A stretch of 64,000 nucleotides of DNA, taken from Candidatus Woesearchaeota archaeon (lineage in GTDB: Archaea > Nanobdellota > Nanobdellia > Woesearchaeales > UBA12501). The stretch lies in NCBI GenBank assembly GCA_030651375.1, contig JAUSFM010000014.1, forward strand, positions 89,630-153,629, written 5' to 3'. The stretch's first letter is position 1. Every line of letters begins with the position of its first letter. Position numbers and translations under genes: made by a program. Positions 38,139 to 47,176 of the stretch are shown in pieces. Under the pieces are notes generated by a model. That model was not told where the DNA came from. It searched no databases and saw only the letters and a list, made by a program, of their open reading frames with translations.

Positions 38139-38849
38139 TTAATGTTTATGGATAATCGCATACAGAAGCATCCCGCGAGGAGAGGTGCTCGCAAGCTCTC
38201 GCACAAATAATTTCTCGGCGAGCGAAGATGAGACAAGGCTCAAAAACGGCGAAAACGAAAAAAAAGTTCCGATGTCAGCACCAACATCTTTATCTTTAAG
38301 CATTGCAGCCAGCCGTTGTGGCGTGAATCGGCTCACGTGCTGTTCGCCCGCCATGCGCGCCGTAAGGCGGAACGTGTCACAAAGCCATTCCATAACCGGC
38401 CAGAAACTGTGGTAGTTTGGCGTTGTCAAGATAAGCACACCTCCTTTTTTAAGAACCCGTAGGCATTCATCCAGCGTTTTTTCAGGCTGGTGAAGATGCT
38501 CAAGAATTTCAAACAAGAAAATTTTTGAAAAGATTTGATCCTCGTAAGGTAATTTTTCAACGGAAGCAACGGTGAAGTGAACATTCTTTATTTTGTTTTT
38601 TTGCGCCAGGCCCCGAGCAAATTCCAATGCCCTCTTGTTGATGTCAATTCCGTGATATTGACTCACCTGCGGCGCATATTTTTGCATAAAAATCCCTGAG
38701 CCGCAGGCAACATCAAGAACAACATCATGTTTGCTTAACTGCACTTTTTCTCTGACAAACGCCAGCCGTTGTTGATGCCAGAAACGTTGGATGCGTTTTC
38801 CCTGATGCAACGCATCATACTGGTATGAACCTTGTTCATGCAGTTTCAT
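38139..38849 (-). CDS. class I SAM-dependent methyltransferase
   Basis: VLDVACGSG, GIDIN, EILEHL, LKKGG..ILTTPN motifs. Confidence 0.88.
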   Translation of the reverse strand: MKLHEQGSYQYDALHQGKRIQRFWHQQRLAFVREKVQLSKHDVVLDVACGSGIFMQKYAPQVSQYHGIDINKRALEFARGLAQKNKIKNVHFTVASVEKLPYEDQIFSKIFLFEILEHLHQPEKTLDECLRVLKKGGVLILTTPNYHSFWPVMEWLCDTFRLTARMAGEQHVSRFTPQRLAAMLKDKDVGADIGTFFSFSPFLSLVSSSLAEKLFVRELASTSPRGMLLYAIIHKH

Positions 38850-40551
38850 TTTCCCCTCCGAGCAGGTATAGGTCATAGATGGCAACGTAACCATTATCAT
38901 ACACCCTTGCCAGCGCAATCTCTTTTTTCAGATTGAGCATAGATACATTTTTTTCAACAACCCACGCAGTGTTGCAGTAGATTATGTTTGTACCAAGCTT
39001 CTTATCCCCAAGTGTATCACAGAGTTTATTCGCGAAGTCTTGGTGAAAAATTATATATCGTACGTTCTTTTTGAAGTCATCAAGCGTCCACGTGCCAATC
39101 GATTGATAGGTATTCAATGACGTATTTTCTACACGCGAAACAAGACCGCCCATTATTTTCTGACCGTGGTGCATTTGCATAAACATGTTTCGCGCATTTA
39201 CTGAGTTAGGATTCGTCGTCCACTCTGCGAGGGGCAAATCGATAACTGGGCCACCTTCGCTCCGTGCAATATGTTGATAATACAAAAGCTCAGAAGGGTA
39301 TTCTATTCTGCCACCAGTAAGATGAACCGGAACTGCCGCAACGTCCATGATAAGGAGTAAAGCAAGACTAAGGAGAATGAGTGCTCTACGAGAGAGTTCC
39401 GCATTTAGACTGAAGCGCTCAAGCAGCACTTTTGCTCCCCACCCAGCGAGGATAATCACGCCGAGCGACACCAAAAAGCTGTATCGTGAGAAGCGGACGG
39501 CATCAAGTAATGGAATCTTCGCAAAAACTCCTGCAGGCAGTGTCAGCCATGGAAACCATTCTTTCCCTGCAATGAGAATACCCTTTGTGCCTAAGGTGAT
39601 AAGCAGTGCAAGTCCTGCCATCGTACACCACACACCTCTGTTTTTTGCATACCAGACCCCAATAAAGGCAAGCAGGAGTACACCCCACCCAAGATAAGGG
39701 TATCCACCTTTTCCCGGGAGGACGGTAGCACTTTCTGGTCGTCGCAGATAATCAACCAAATCAACCCGTTCTTTCTCGATGCGGAAGGTGGCATGTTCGC
39801 CGCTCTTAATGATCATTCGGGCAACAAGGGGTGAAACGAGCAGACCGAAGACTATGAGCATTCCGCTAAGGCAGATGATACCTTTTCGCTTCTGCTCCTT
39901 CTCTGCGGTACGCCAAAGCAAAGAAAGGATCACGAGACCGGTCACCATCAGCATAAACAGCGCATATGTCGGCTCAAGATAAAAAATAGTAGCGAGGATG
40001 ATACCAGTGATGCAACTACGGCGCATGGTTGGTTCATCAATCGTCTTAAAAAGGAAAAGGAGGTAGAGAGGGATAAACTGGAGGGATGCAAAGTTAAGAT
40101 GAGTCATCATATGATACATATGCCACGAGCTGAATGCAAAGAGAATACCCATGAGAAATGCTGCTGATTTATTTCCGGTGAGATATTTTCCGAAGAGATA
40201 CATACTATACCCCGCCAATGGAAATGTCAGCAGCACGAGCAGGTTATACGTTAGTATAAACCCAAAAAAAGGAAATAGCAGCATGCCGATAAACGAGTTT
40301 AATGGCGTCAGCGTGTGAAAGGTGAGGTCAACCCCTTCAGGGTGAAATAGATAAGGAGTATAAAACAGTGAATGTCCTTCGGTGATAGCTGTTTTCATCC
40401 ACCACATGTTCCACATAAAGACGACGGTGTCCTTAGGATCACGAGCCATAGTCTTGTCCATATTAAAAATAAGAGGGAAAGTAAGAATGAGTGTGAGTAC
40501 ACAAAAACAAAAAATAACCAAAGCATGTTCCTTAACGTTTTGCGTGTTCAT
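38836..40551 (-). CDS. multi-pass membrane glycosyltransferase (GT-C-like)
   Basis: Same motifs as its paralog (DPKD, WNMWW, HLNFASLQFIPLY, GGLVSRV). Confidence 0.75.
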   Translation of the reverse strand: MNTQNVKEHALVIFCFCVLTLILTFPLIFNMDKTMARDPKDTVVFMWNMWWMKTAITEGHSLFYTPYLFHPEGVDLTFHTLTPLNSFIGMLLFPFFGFILTYNLLVLLTFPLAGYSMYLFGKYLTGNKSAAFLMGILFAFSSWHMYHMMTHLNFASLQFIPLYLLFLFKTIDEPTMRRSCITGIILATIFYLEPTYALFMLMVTGLVILSLLWRTAEKEQKRKGIICLSGMLIVFGLLVSPLVARMIIKSGEHATFRIEKERVDLVDYLRRPESATVLPGKGGYPYLGWGVLLLAFIGVWYAKNRGVWCTMAGLALLITLGTKGILIAGKEWFPWLTLPAGVFAKIPLLDAVRFSRYSFLVSLGVIILAGWGAKVLLERFSLNAELSRRALILLSLALLLIMDVAAVPVHLTGGRIEYPSELLYYQHIARSEGGPVIDLPLAEWTTNPNSVNARNMFMQMHHGQKIMGGLVSRVENTSLNTYQSIGTWTLDDFKKNVRYIIFHQDFANKLCDTLGDKKLGTNIIYCNTAWVVEKNVSMLNLKKEIALARVYDNGYVAIYDLYLLGGENETA

Positions 40552-41275
40552 AGGTTCCAATGACCTCGTTGAGCAATATCCGAACAGTATCAAAGAGCAT
40601 ACGGGGAGGGTCACGAAGCATGCTCACCCTCGACTCCGGTGTGTAGCGCGCGTTGATAGGCAGTTCAATGAATGGAACGTGAAATTTTTTTATCAGATAG
40701 GCAAGCTCGACGTCAAACGCAAACCGATCAATGGTCATCAGCGAAAAAAGCTGCTGCCCAGTCGCTCGTTCCATCAGCTTAAATCCACATTGAGTGTCTT
40801 TGATGCCCCACACCAAGAGTTTGGTTACTCCACTAAAAATCCTGCCAGGAATTTTACGGTGCCATGGCTGGCCAATGACCATTGCCCCCTGTTTGAGCCG
40901 TGAACCAAGAACTATCTTGTACTGTGAAAGATAGGGAAGGAATGTTTCGAGCTCGGCGATGGGAATCGTGCTGTCCGCATCCATAATCAAAATCCAGTCG
41001 TGCTGTGCTACGGCAACGCCGCGCCGGACGCTGTATCCTTTCCCGCGGTTCGTTCCGTTTGCAAGAAGATGAATGTCGGTTGTTCCCTGAGCCTTTTTTT
41101 TAACATCGTTGATGGTATTGTCAGCAGAGCCGTCATCAACAATAATAATCTCATACCCCTCCTGTTTTTTCTTCATCCAGTGTCGGATAGCATCGATTGT
41201 TGGTGGAACGCGCTTTTCTTCATTGTAACACGGAATAATGATTGATATGCTTGGGCTCTTTTTTTGCTCGTTCAT
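40532..41275 (-). CDS. GT2 dolichyl-phosphate glycosyltransferase
   Basis: IIPCYNE, VDDGS, NRGKG, DAD, DTQCGFK and FAFDVEL motifs. Confidence 0.9.
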   Translation of the reverse strand: MNEQKKSPSISIIIPCYNEEKRVPPTIDAIRHWMKKKQEGYEIIIVDDGSADNTINDVKKKAQGTTDIHLLANGTNRGKGYSVRRGVAVAQHDWILIMDADSTIPIAELETFLPYLSQYKIVLGSRLKQGAMVIGQPWHRKIPGRIFSGVTKLLVWGIKDTQCGFKLMERATGQQLFSLMTIDRFAFDVELAYLIKKFHVPFIELPINARYTPESRVSMLRDPPRMLFDTVRILLNEVIGTYEHAKR

Positions 41276-42027
41276 CAGGTGACAGGTACGTTGTTTTGTT
41301 TATATGTTTTTATTTTTTCGAGTACCTCTCTGACGGCGAGCACATAATCGCCCCCATACCGTGGCGCCTTGGTGAACGCAGTTGCAGCCAGTACCCCTGC
41401 ACCGCCCATGCGAAGAAATTCGATGACATCCTCCGACTCTTCAATCCCTGCACCGGCATAGACTGGAATTGATGGATTTATTTTTTTGACCGTATCGAGA
41501 GTTTTTTGGAGCTCGTCTTTTTTTTCTTTGATGATTGAGATACGCTGGCCGATGAATGCGTCCCATTCGACGGCAATGGCGCATGATGCAGGAAGAAACG
41601 GTACAATTCGTGAAGCTGTTTCAGCACTGTCAACACAGACGATAACACGCAGTTCCTTGTCGCACGCTTTTTTGATAGTTGCGAGAAGATCGTTTAATTT
41701 TTCAGGTGACGAGTCATTGCTATACCTGCGTTCTTCGCAATGGTTCAGCAGCGTGCCATTAGCAACGCCGACAAGGGAATCAACACACACCGCACCTGTT
41801 CTGCTGTCACCAGTCGCAACATTGTCAATTTTCTGTGACAACAAAATGATCTGATGCGGAATATGGTCAAGCGCGCACCGCGCTTTGTCAAGGTCAGCAA
41901 CAGGCACGCAGAGTGCCACGGAAATTTCATACTGCACAGTCAATGAAGCGACCGCTGCACAATAGTCCGCAACCTGCGTTCCGGTGATGTGCTGTTTCAG
42001 ATTGATAACAATAGACGGCCAGTGCAT
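41275..42027 (-). CDS. tpiA: archaeal-type triosephosphate isomerase (divergent)
   Basis: INLK, LLNHCE, VCV, IAVE, GAGI and GVLAATAFTKA motifs. Confidence 0.8.
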   Translation of the reverse strand: MHWPSIVINLKQHITGTQVADYCAAVASLTVQYEISVALCVPVADLDKARCALDHIPHQIILLSQKIDNVATGDSRTGAVCVDSLVGVANGTLLNHCEERRYSNDSSPEKLNDLLATIKKACDKELRVIVCVDSAETASRIVPFLPASCAIAVEWDAFIGQRISIIKEKKDELQKTLDTVKKINPSIPVYAGAGIEESEDVIEFLRMGGAGVLAATAFTKAPRYGGDYVLAVREVLEKIKTYKQNNVPVT

Positions 42028-42060
42028 ACCTCTACCAAACAACCATGTGCTTTAATTTAT

Positions 42061-42399
42061 TTATGGTGATTTAGAAGTAGCATCTAACCTTTCAGTCAAT
42101 CTTCTTCCCTTTTCAGTCAGCGCGTAAAGAGGCGGGCGCGTTCCCACTTTTTCAATAGCCTGCAATCCAAGAAGCGGGCCGAGCACCTGATCACCAAAAC
42201 GCTGTGCTGTTCTCGGGTGTGCATAGGGGCCGCCTACATCACGCATCAAGACCGACAGCTGATAAGGGACAGGACAACCGTCGCGCTCATACGCTTCATT
42301 GTCACCATACATAATTCGAAGCGTCGACTGTGCAAACGGATTTAACGCTCGGGCATGATCATCAATAGAGCCGTTTCCGTTCCCATTTGTAGACGCCAT
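42061..42399 (-). CDS. hypothetical protein, possible winged helix
   Basis: C-terminal L.AIEK.....YALTEKG wing pattern. Confidence 0.55.
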   Translation of the reverse strand: MASTNGNGNGSIDDHARALNPFAQSTLRIMYGDNEAYERDGCPVPYQLSVLMRDVGGPYAHPRTAQRFGDQVLGPLLGLQAIEKVGTRPPLYALTEKGRRLTERLDATSKSP

Positions 42400-42441
42400 A
42401 AGCAAAACCAAACCTGGAGAAGAAAAACCCCTATTTAAGCC

Positions 42442-43176
42442 TTACGCTTTGCACGCGCCCTCGCTGCAGCTGTGCTCGCACCGCACCTTCTCATAATTAA
42501 TAAACTTTACTCCGGGCCGGTTGGTGTCATATGTCGGATCACAGAACCATTCGATGAGCATCTTGTCGTTAAAACAGAAATCCTCTTCGACCTTTTTTTT
42601 GCCGACAAGGCTGATGGTGCGCCCTTTTTTGAATTCTGTATACTTCTCTTTCTCGTCGCTATCCTCACAATAGAAAACACACGTGCCATCCTTGCACCCT
42701 TTGCCATTGTACTGGATACAGTTCCTGTTCGCTACGCAGCTCACACCCACACAACTACTCCCTTTGCAGGTAGTGCCTGCTTCGCAGTATTTGTCAAGTA
42801 CCCATTTGGTGGTGCACTCACTATTTTTTGAGTCTCTTAATTCCTTCAGTACTTTGTCATAGCCAATTCCTAGTCCGACGATCGGGTCATTGTCGCACCG
42901 CTTTTTGCCGGTTTCTTTCAATTCGCAGTTTTGCGGCAGCTTTTTCGGTGGAAGCACTGGTTCTTGCTTCTGCGCAGTGGCGCAGAGCCAGTATTTTTCC
43001 TTTGCCAGTGTGCACTCGTCTGAAGTGTCTGAACTACACATCCGTTTCAGTTTAGTCCCCTCATTTGCGCACGGATTCCAGACTACAGTGCCTGTCGGCA
43101 ACTCACCGTTGGCGAGCAGAAAGAACCAAACTGCGCTGAGGATGAGAAGGATGGTAAGGATTGTTTCGCGTCGCAT
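42442..43176 (-). CDS. Cys-rich secreted/surface protein
   Basis: N-terminal signal/TM; CEDSD...G...DFC...LIEWFC...CEHSCSEGAC. Confidence 0.75.
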   Translation of the reverse strand: MRRETILTILLILSAVWFFLLANGELPTGTVVWNPCANEGTKLKRMCSSDTSDECTLAKEKYWLCATAQKQEPVLPPKKLPQNCELKETGKKRCDNDPIVGLGIGYDKVLKELRDSKNSECTTKWVLDKYCEAGTTCKGSSCVGVSCVANRNCIQYNGKGCKDGTCVFYCEDSDEKEKYTEFKKGRTISLVGKKKVEEDFCFNDKMLIEWFCDPTYDTNRPGVKFINYEKVRCEHSCSEGACKA

Positions 43177-43237
43177 ACGAGGCCTCTTTTTCTTGTTTTA
43201 TAGCACCGAGAATATATAAAGTTTTAGAACAAATCTG

Positions 43238-43649
43238 TGTGGCTGAGGGGAACAACCTTTTTTTGCTTCGCAAAAAAAGCTTGCGCAGCAACGAACGTGT
43301 TTTCTCCTCCGGAGAAAACGGCGCTTCAAGCAACTATTTGGTACGATTTACGAAGTACAAATAGGGGGCTGATGGGATTTGGAACCTGCGCAATCTTTTT
43401 GCGCTGCGGCACAAAAAGCTTGAACACGCTGGTGCCGCCTACGCTCCGCTCGGCGGCACGGCACTAGTTACAACGTCGATGTACGACCCTACGACCTACG
43501 AAGTACCAAAAGAAACATGGGGCTGATGGGATGTAAACCAACATTTTTTTGCTGCGGCAAAAAACTGTTGCGAACGACGAACGAGTTTCCGCCTCCGGCG
43601 AAAACAGCGCTTCGCGCAACTATTTGGTACGATTTACGAAGTACAAATA
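43238..43649. repeat. three tandem 125-155 bp units, each a tRNA-Ile 3'-end copy plus a multi-hairpin element
   Basis: GGGGCTGATGGGAT at about 43365, 43519 and in the tRNA at 43651, degenerate copy at about 43238; 34 bp identity between 43330-43363 and 43616-43649. Confidence 0.9.
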
Positions 43650-43725
43650 TGGGGCTGATGGGATTTGAACCCACGACCTCTCGATTATCAGTCGAGTGCT
43701 ACTAGCCAGGCTAAGCTACAGCCCC
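43650..43725 (-). tRNA. tRNA-Ile(GAT)
   Basis: GGGGCTG/CAGCCCC acceptor, CTCGA-CTGATAA-TCGAG anticodon arm. Confidence 0.95.
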
Positions 43726-43821
43726 GTACGCCGGAAGAGGAGTGAGCGGCTTTATAAAATTAACGTGTTAGGGGTTTTTTTGCCGTAAACTATTTAAAAA
43801 CAACCTTATATAAATAGTCCC

Positions 43822-44166
43822 ATGCCATTTCCAAAAAAAGAGGGTGACGAGCCAGCAGATTCTGAACGCATGCAACGACTTGAACAGCGTGAGTCCCAGA
43901 CTGAAGAAAAAGTGCAGAAGCTCCAAGAGGTACTGAAAAATGTTGAGCAGCGCCAACAGCAGGGAAAAAAATATGCTATTTTGAAACTGCTTATCCGTGC
44001 AGGGCTCCTGACCGCGCCGCTGTGGGTATTGTTTCTGCTCTCGCTGAAAACAGACGTTACGCTGTACCTTTCGGTCTGGGGCATAGCCCTCGTGCTACTG
44101 CTCTATTTCGGCACACTTGGATTGTATTTGTATGCGCGCTACCTCAAAAAAGGTGAGGAGCAATGA
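43822..44166 (+). CDS. small membrane protein with N-terminal coiled coil
   Basis: Two TM segments; ATGA overlap with the next gene. Confidence 0.7.
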   Translation: MPFPKKEGDEPADSERMQRLEQRESQTEEKVQKLQEVLKNVEQRQQQGKKYAILKLLIRAGLLTAPLWVLFLLSLKTDVTLYLSVWGIALVLLLYFGTLGLYLYARYLKKGEEQ

Positions 44167-45170
44167 AACGATTTTTGTTCCTGATTCTTCTCGCTATTCT
44201 TTCGGCGCTCCCTTTTGTTGGCGCGCAAAACTGTATTGAGCCAACATCAGAACTCCATCTGACTAAAGACACCATATTTTGTGACGGACATTACAAAGTG
44301 TCACGCATTGTTGCTGATGCAGAGAACATCACACTGCACTGTGGCGGCGCAACGCTTGAAGGCGACCTTGGCTCTGACGGCATCATCATCACCAAATCGA
44401 ACGTCAAGCTCAAGAGCTGTACGCTGATAACGTACCAAAAAGCAGTCAGCATGCTGAACGCTCCTGCTCCCTCATTTGAAAATGTGGTGCTGAAAAATAA
44501 TGTCATCGGCATCTACGCCGTCAACACACGGTTCAAGCCGCATGGTGTCCTGTTTGAGGACAACGAACGAAACATGGTGCTGGAGGAAAAGGAAGCGCCA
44601 ACGCGAACCATTGAAAACCATGTGCTGCCGGAACTGCTTGCGGCGCTGAATATTTCGACGGCAAACCACGCAGCAGCAGCGAAGCGAGTGGCGCTTGAAA
44701 AAACAATTACCGTTGAAGAAAAAGAAAATCGTACGACCATAACAGTGTCGCTAACGGCGAAAGAAGATATACCCAATCTTCTTGTGTATGAACATATTCC
44801 GAAAGAACTTGCCGCAACAGCAGATGATGTTGTGTTTTCCTACCCTGATGTGCAGGTGGTGAATCCGGATCCTGATTTTCTCATTCCCATTGGCAGAATC
44901 AAAATCAACACCAAAGTAAAAATCGAGTACCGGCTTAACAAAAAAGTCTCTGCCGGCGATCCGATGCCCTCAACGGTTGTTGCGGAAGGAGAGAACGAAA
45001 ACAACGAGCCGCCAGTTGAAGAACCTATTGACACCACTGCTCCTGCAGAGGTTACTGACCTTTCACCACCCTCATCGGTGGTGTGGTGGACACTCCTCTT
45101 TCTGGGCCTTGCCCTTGTGGTGACTGCGGCCGTGTATCACATCGAGAAAAAAGGCCGCGAACAGCATTAA
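44163..45170 (+). CDS. secreted, membrane-anchored protein with parallel beta-helix-like region
   Basis: Signal peptide, NITLHCGGATLEG...GIII..SNV beta-helix pattern, C-terminal TM. Confidence 0.7.
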   Translation: MKRFLFLILLAILSALPFVGAQNCIEPTSELHLTKDTIFCDGHYKVSRIVADAENITLHCGGATLEGDLGSDGIIITKSNVKLKSCTLITYQKAVSMLNAPAPSFENVVLKNNVIGIYAVNTRFKPHGVLFEDNERNMVLEEKEAPTRTIENHVLPELLAALNISTANHAAAAKRVALEKTITVEEKENRTTITVSLTAKEDIPNLLVYEHIPKELAATADDVVFSYPDVQVVNPDPDFLIPIGRIKINTKVKIEYRLNKKVSAGDPMPSTVVAEGENENNEPPVEEPIDTTAPAEVTDLSPPSSVVWWTLLFLGLALVVTAAVYHIEKKGREQH

Positions 45171-45182
45171 AAAATAAAAAGA

Positions 45183-46187
45183 TTAAAGTCTCATCAACTG
45201 GCGAATGAGAGCGTCTTTGCTTCGATGGTACTGTTCTGTTTCGCTGTGCTCAAGCACCATCGGAACAGGCACGATGCCATTCCGAAAGCTCACGCGCTGG
45301 CCAATACATACATTGGTTTGGTTATAGCTCGTCAAGACGGAAAGCGATGGCTGGTACGGTGAATCGTGCGCAGCTGCTTCAATGACGCGCATCATGCAGG
45401 AAGCAATTTCAGGTGATGTTGAGCCCAGCAGGTGCATCCACCGGCCTGCTTCGCCAATGAGCTGGCGGCGAAGCGACGCGCGCAAAAAAGTCGGGTCTTT
45501 TTTTTGGTGCTGTTCACATTCTGTAAATGAGTATCCGGCAATCGTGGCGTTGGAAAATACCGGCACGGCATATTCATTGTGCGTGCCGATAACCCATGCA
45601 TCGACATCAGTTAGTTCAAGCAGTGGTTGTCCCTTCTGAAATTCAGTCAAAAGAATTCGTCTGAAACGCTCTCGGTCGCCTTCATTGAAACCCGCAACCA
45701 ACGACGCATCAAGCCCGCTTTCGCGCAGAAAAAAATAGGTAAGGATATCAATAGGATTGGTGCAGACCAGTACACGCCCTGCATAGCGGCGCGCACGCTC
45801 GTTGAATGCCGCGGCGCAATCGTATATCGCCGGAAGATTGGCTGCAAGAAAATCATCTCGTGAGGCTCCTGCTGCAACACGCTCACGCCAGTGCACGCCA
45901 TCAACGGGACTCGACGCATCCAGTGAAATGAAAGTAACTAATGGTTCTGCTTCAACCAGTTCATCTAAGGTGCACAGCGTGACGATTGGTTTGAGTGGAA
46001 AGATTCGCTGGCTGACCATGACGGTGAGATACTCCTGCAATGCAGCGGCATTGCGCTGGGTACGATTAACGAGATACAATCGCTCAAGGAGTTCACTGAA
46101 CCTGCAAAGCTCTGCTGCAACTTGCCAGCCGACTGAAAGCAGGTCACGGCCGGTGCCGATGATTCCAACTGAATACGGTCCATCCAT
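45183..46187 (-). CDS. divergent malate/lactate dehydrogenase family protein
   Basis: IIGTG...VG, SRDDFLAAN, TNPID, DRERF and IGTH motifs. Confidence 0.75.
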   Translation of the reverse strand: MDGPYSVGIIGTGRDLLSVGWQVAAELCRFSELLERLYLVNRTQRNAAALQEYLTVMVSQRIFPLKPIVTLCTLDELVEAEPLVTFISLDASSPVDGVHWRERVAAGASRDDFLAANLPAIYDCAAAFNERARRYAGRVLVCTNPIDILTYFFLRESGLDASLVAGFNEGDRERFRRILLTEFQKGQPLLELTDVDAWVIGTHNEYAVPVFSNATIAGYSFTECEQHQKKDPTFLRASLRRQLIGEAGRWMHLLGSTSPEIASCMMRVIEAAAHDSPYQPSLSVLTSYNQTNVCIGQRVSFRNGIVPVPMVLEHSETEQYHRSKDALIRQLMRL

Positions 46188-46247
46188 TCCGGCTGCAGAA
46201 GGTGCGTACTTTAAATTTTTTTAGGGTGATGAATAGGCAATATGCAG

Positions 46248-46760
46248 TTAATATTTCTTTAACAAATGTGGTATCGCAGCGCCAACGGCGCATGGCATGG
46301 AAAGGAGAATCACCACATTAAACACGCCTTGCTGGCTCGAGAAAAATTGGTCAATGCCAAAAATGTGCACCAGTGCAACGGAAACAATAATCGCAATGCC
46401 ATACAGCGTCACGAATCGCTTGAACCAGAACTGGGAAAAGCCCCGATGACGTCGCTCGGCAAGGCTCACTCTGCTGTACCCAATCCAATAAATTTCACTG
46501 GTGAGAATGATCATGGTTGCTATGCCAATAAACAGGGCGTGACGCTGGGTCAAATGCTCTGCGGTCTGCACCAACCCGCCACTGAGAATAAAAGTAAAGC
46601 CGATGAGCAGCGCGCCGAAAAAGGTGTTGATGATATCACGCTTCGAAAAGTGAGAAGGATATTTTTCAATCAGCTTGTCACGAAGCAGTTCGATGTTCTG
46701 CTCAATTTGCTCAATTCCTTGCTGCTCTTTTTTCACATACTGCCTGATGGTGGTAGCCAT
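46248..46760 (-). CDS. membrane protein (DUF2391-like)
   Basis: FSKRDII..FFGAL...AVGAA with four TM segments. Confidence 0.6.
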   Translation of the reverse strand: MATTIRQYVKKEQQGIEQIEQNIELLRDKLIEKYPSHFSKRDIINTFFGALLIGFTFILSGGLVQTAEHLTQRHALFIGIATMIILTSEIYWIGYSRVSLAERRHRGFSQFWFKRFVTLYGIAIIVSVALVHIFGIDQFFSSQQGVFNVVILLSMPCAVGAAIPHLLKKY

Positions 46761-47048
46761 CTAATATCGCTCCAGGCCAACAATCTTGAACGGCTCCTCT
46801 TTTTCTTTTGCAGGATTTGTTTCCTGCGCTGTTATTTCGTCATGAGCAGATGCAGGTGAATCTAAGGTGGTGTCGAACATGCTGAAGATGCTGTTTCCGT
46901 CAGCGGCTGTGGGTGCATCGGGCGCGGACATGCCGGTGCTGCCCATACTGGCACTGGTGCTATTCCGGTCAAGAAGCGTTGAAAGAAGGGCTATAACTTT
47001 GCGGATGTCGGTTTCAGAATCGTGCGTCGTATCAATGGTGATTTTCAC
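46761..47048 (-). CDS. hypothetical protein
   Basis: GTG start after GAGG; MKITIDTTHDS..DIRKVI.LL then low-complexity tail. Confidence 0.7.
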   Translation of the reverse strand: MKITIDTTHDSETDIRKVIALLSTLLDRNSTSASMGSTGMSAPDAPTAADGNSIFSMFDTTLDSPASAHDEITAQETNPAKEKEEPFKIVGLERY

Positions 47049-47176
47049 GCGGTGCCTCTTTTTGATTTCTGTTTATTTTCTGCAGTTTTCCCGTGTTTTG
47101 AACGTATTTAAACCTTTCTATTTTTCGCTTCTTTCTTTAAAAAGATTTATATACCTCTTGGAAACTTCCCGACGAT

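Noticed and set aside
43238-43649. CRISPR array
   Set aside because: The repeats are degenerate tRNA 3' ends, the intervening segments are over 100 bp and homologous to each other, and no cas genes are present.
43237-43705. Short ORFs across the tRNA-Ile array and the 5' extension of the 35340 ORF to 36074
   Set aside because: They are translations of the palindromic repeat and tRNA sequence, without SD motifs.
6213-43725. Intron-containing or split tRNAs
   Set aside because: All four tRNAs fold as uninterrupted 73-76 nt cloverleaves; the extra Ile 3' fragments are too short and decayed to be tRNA halves.
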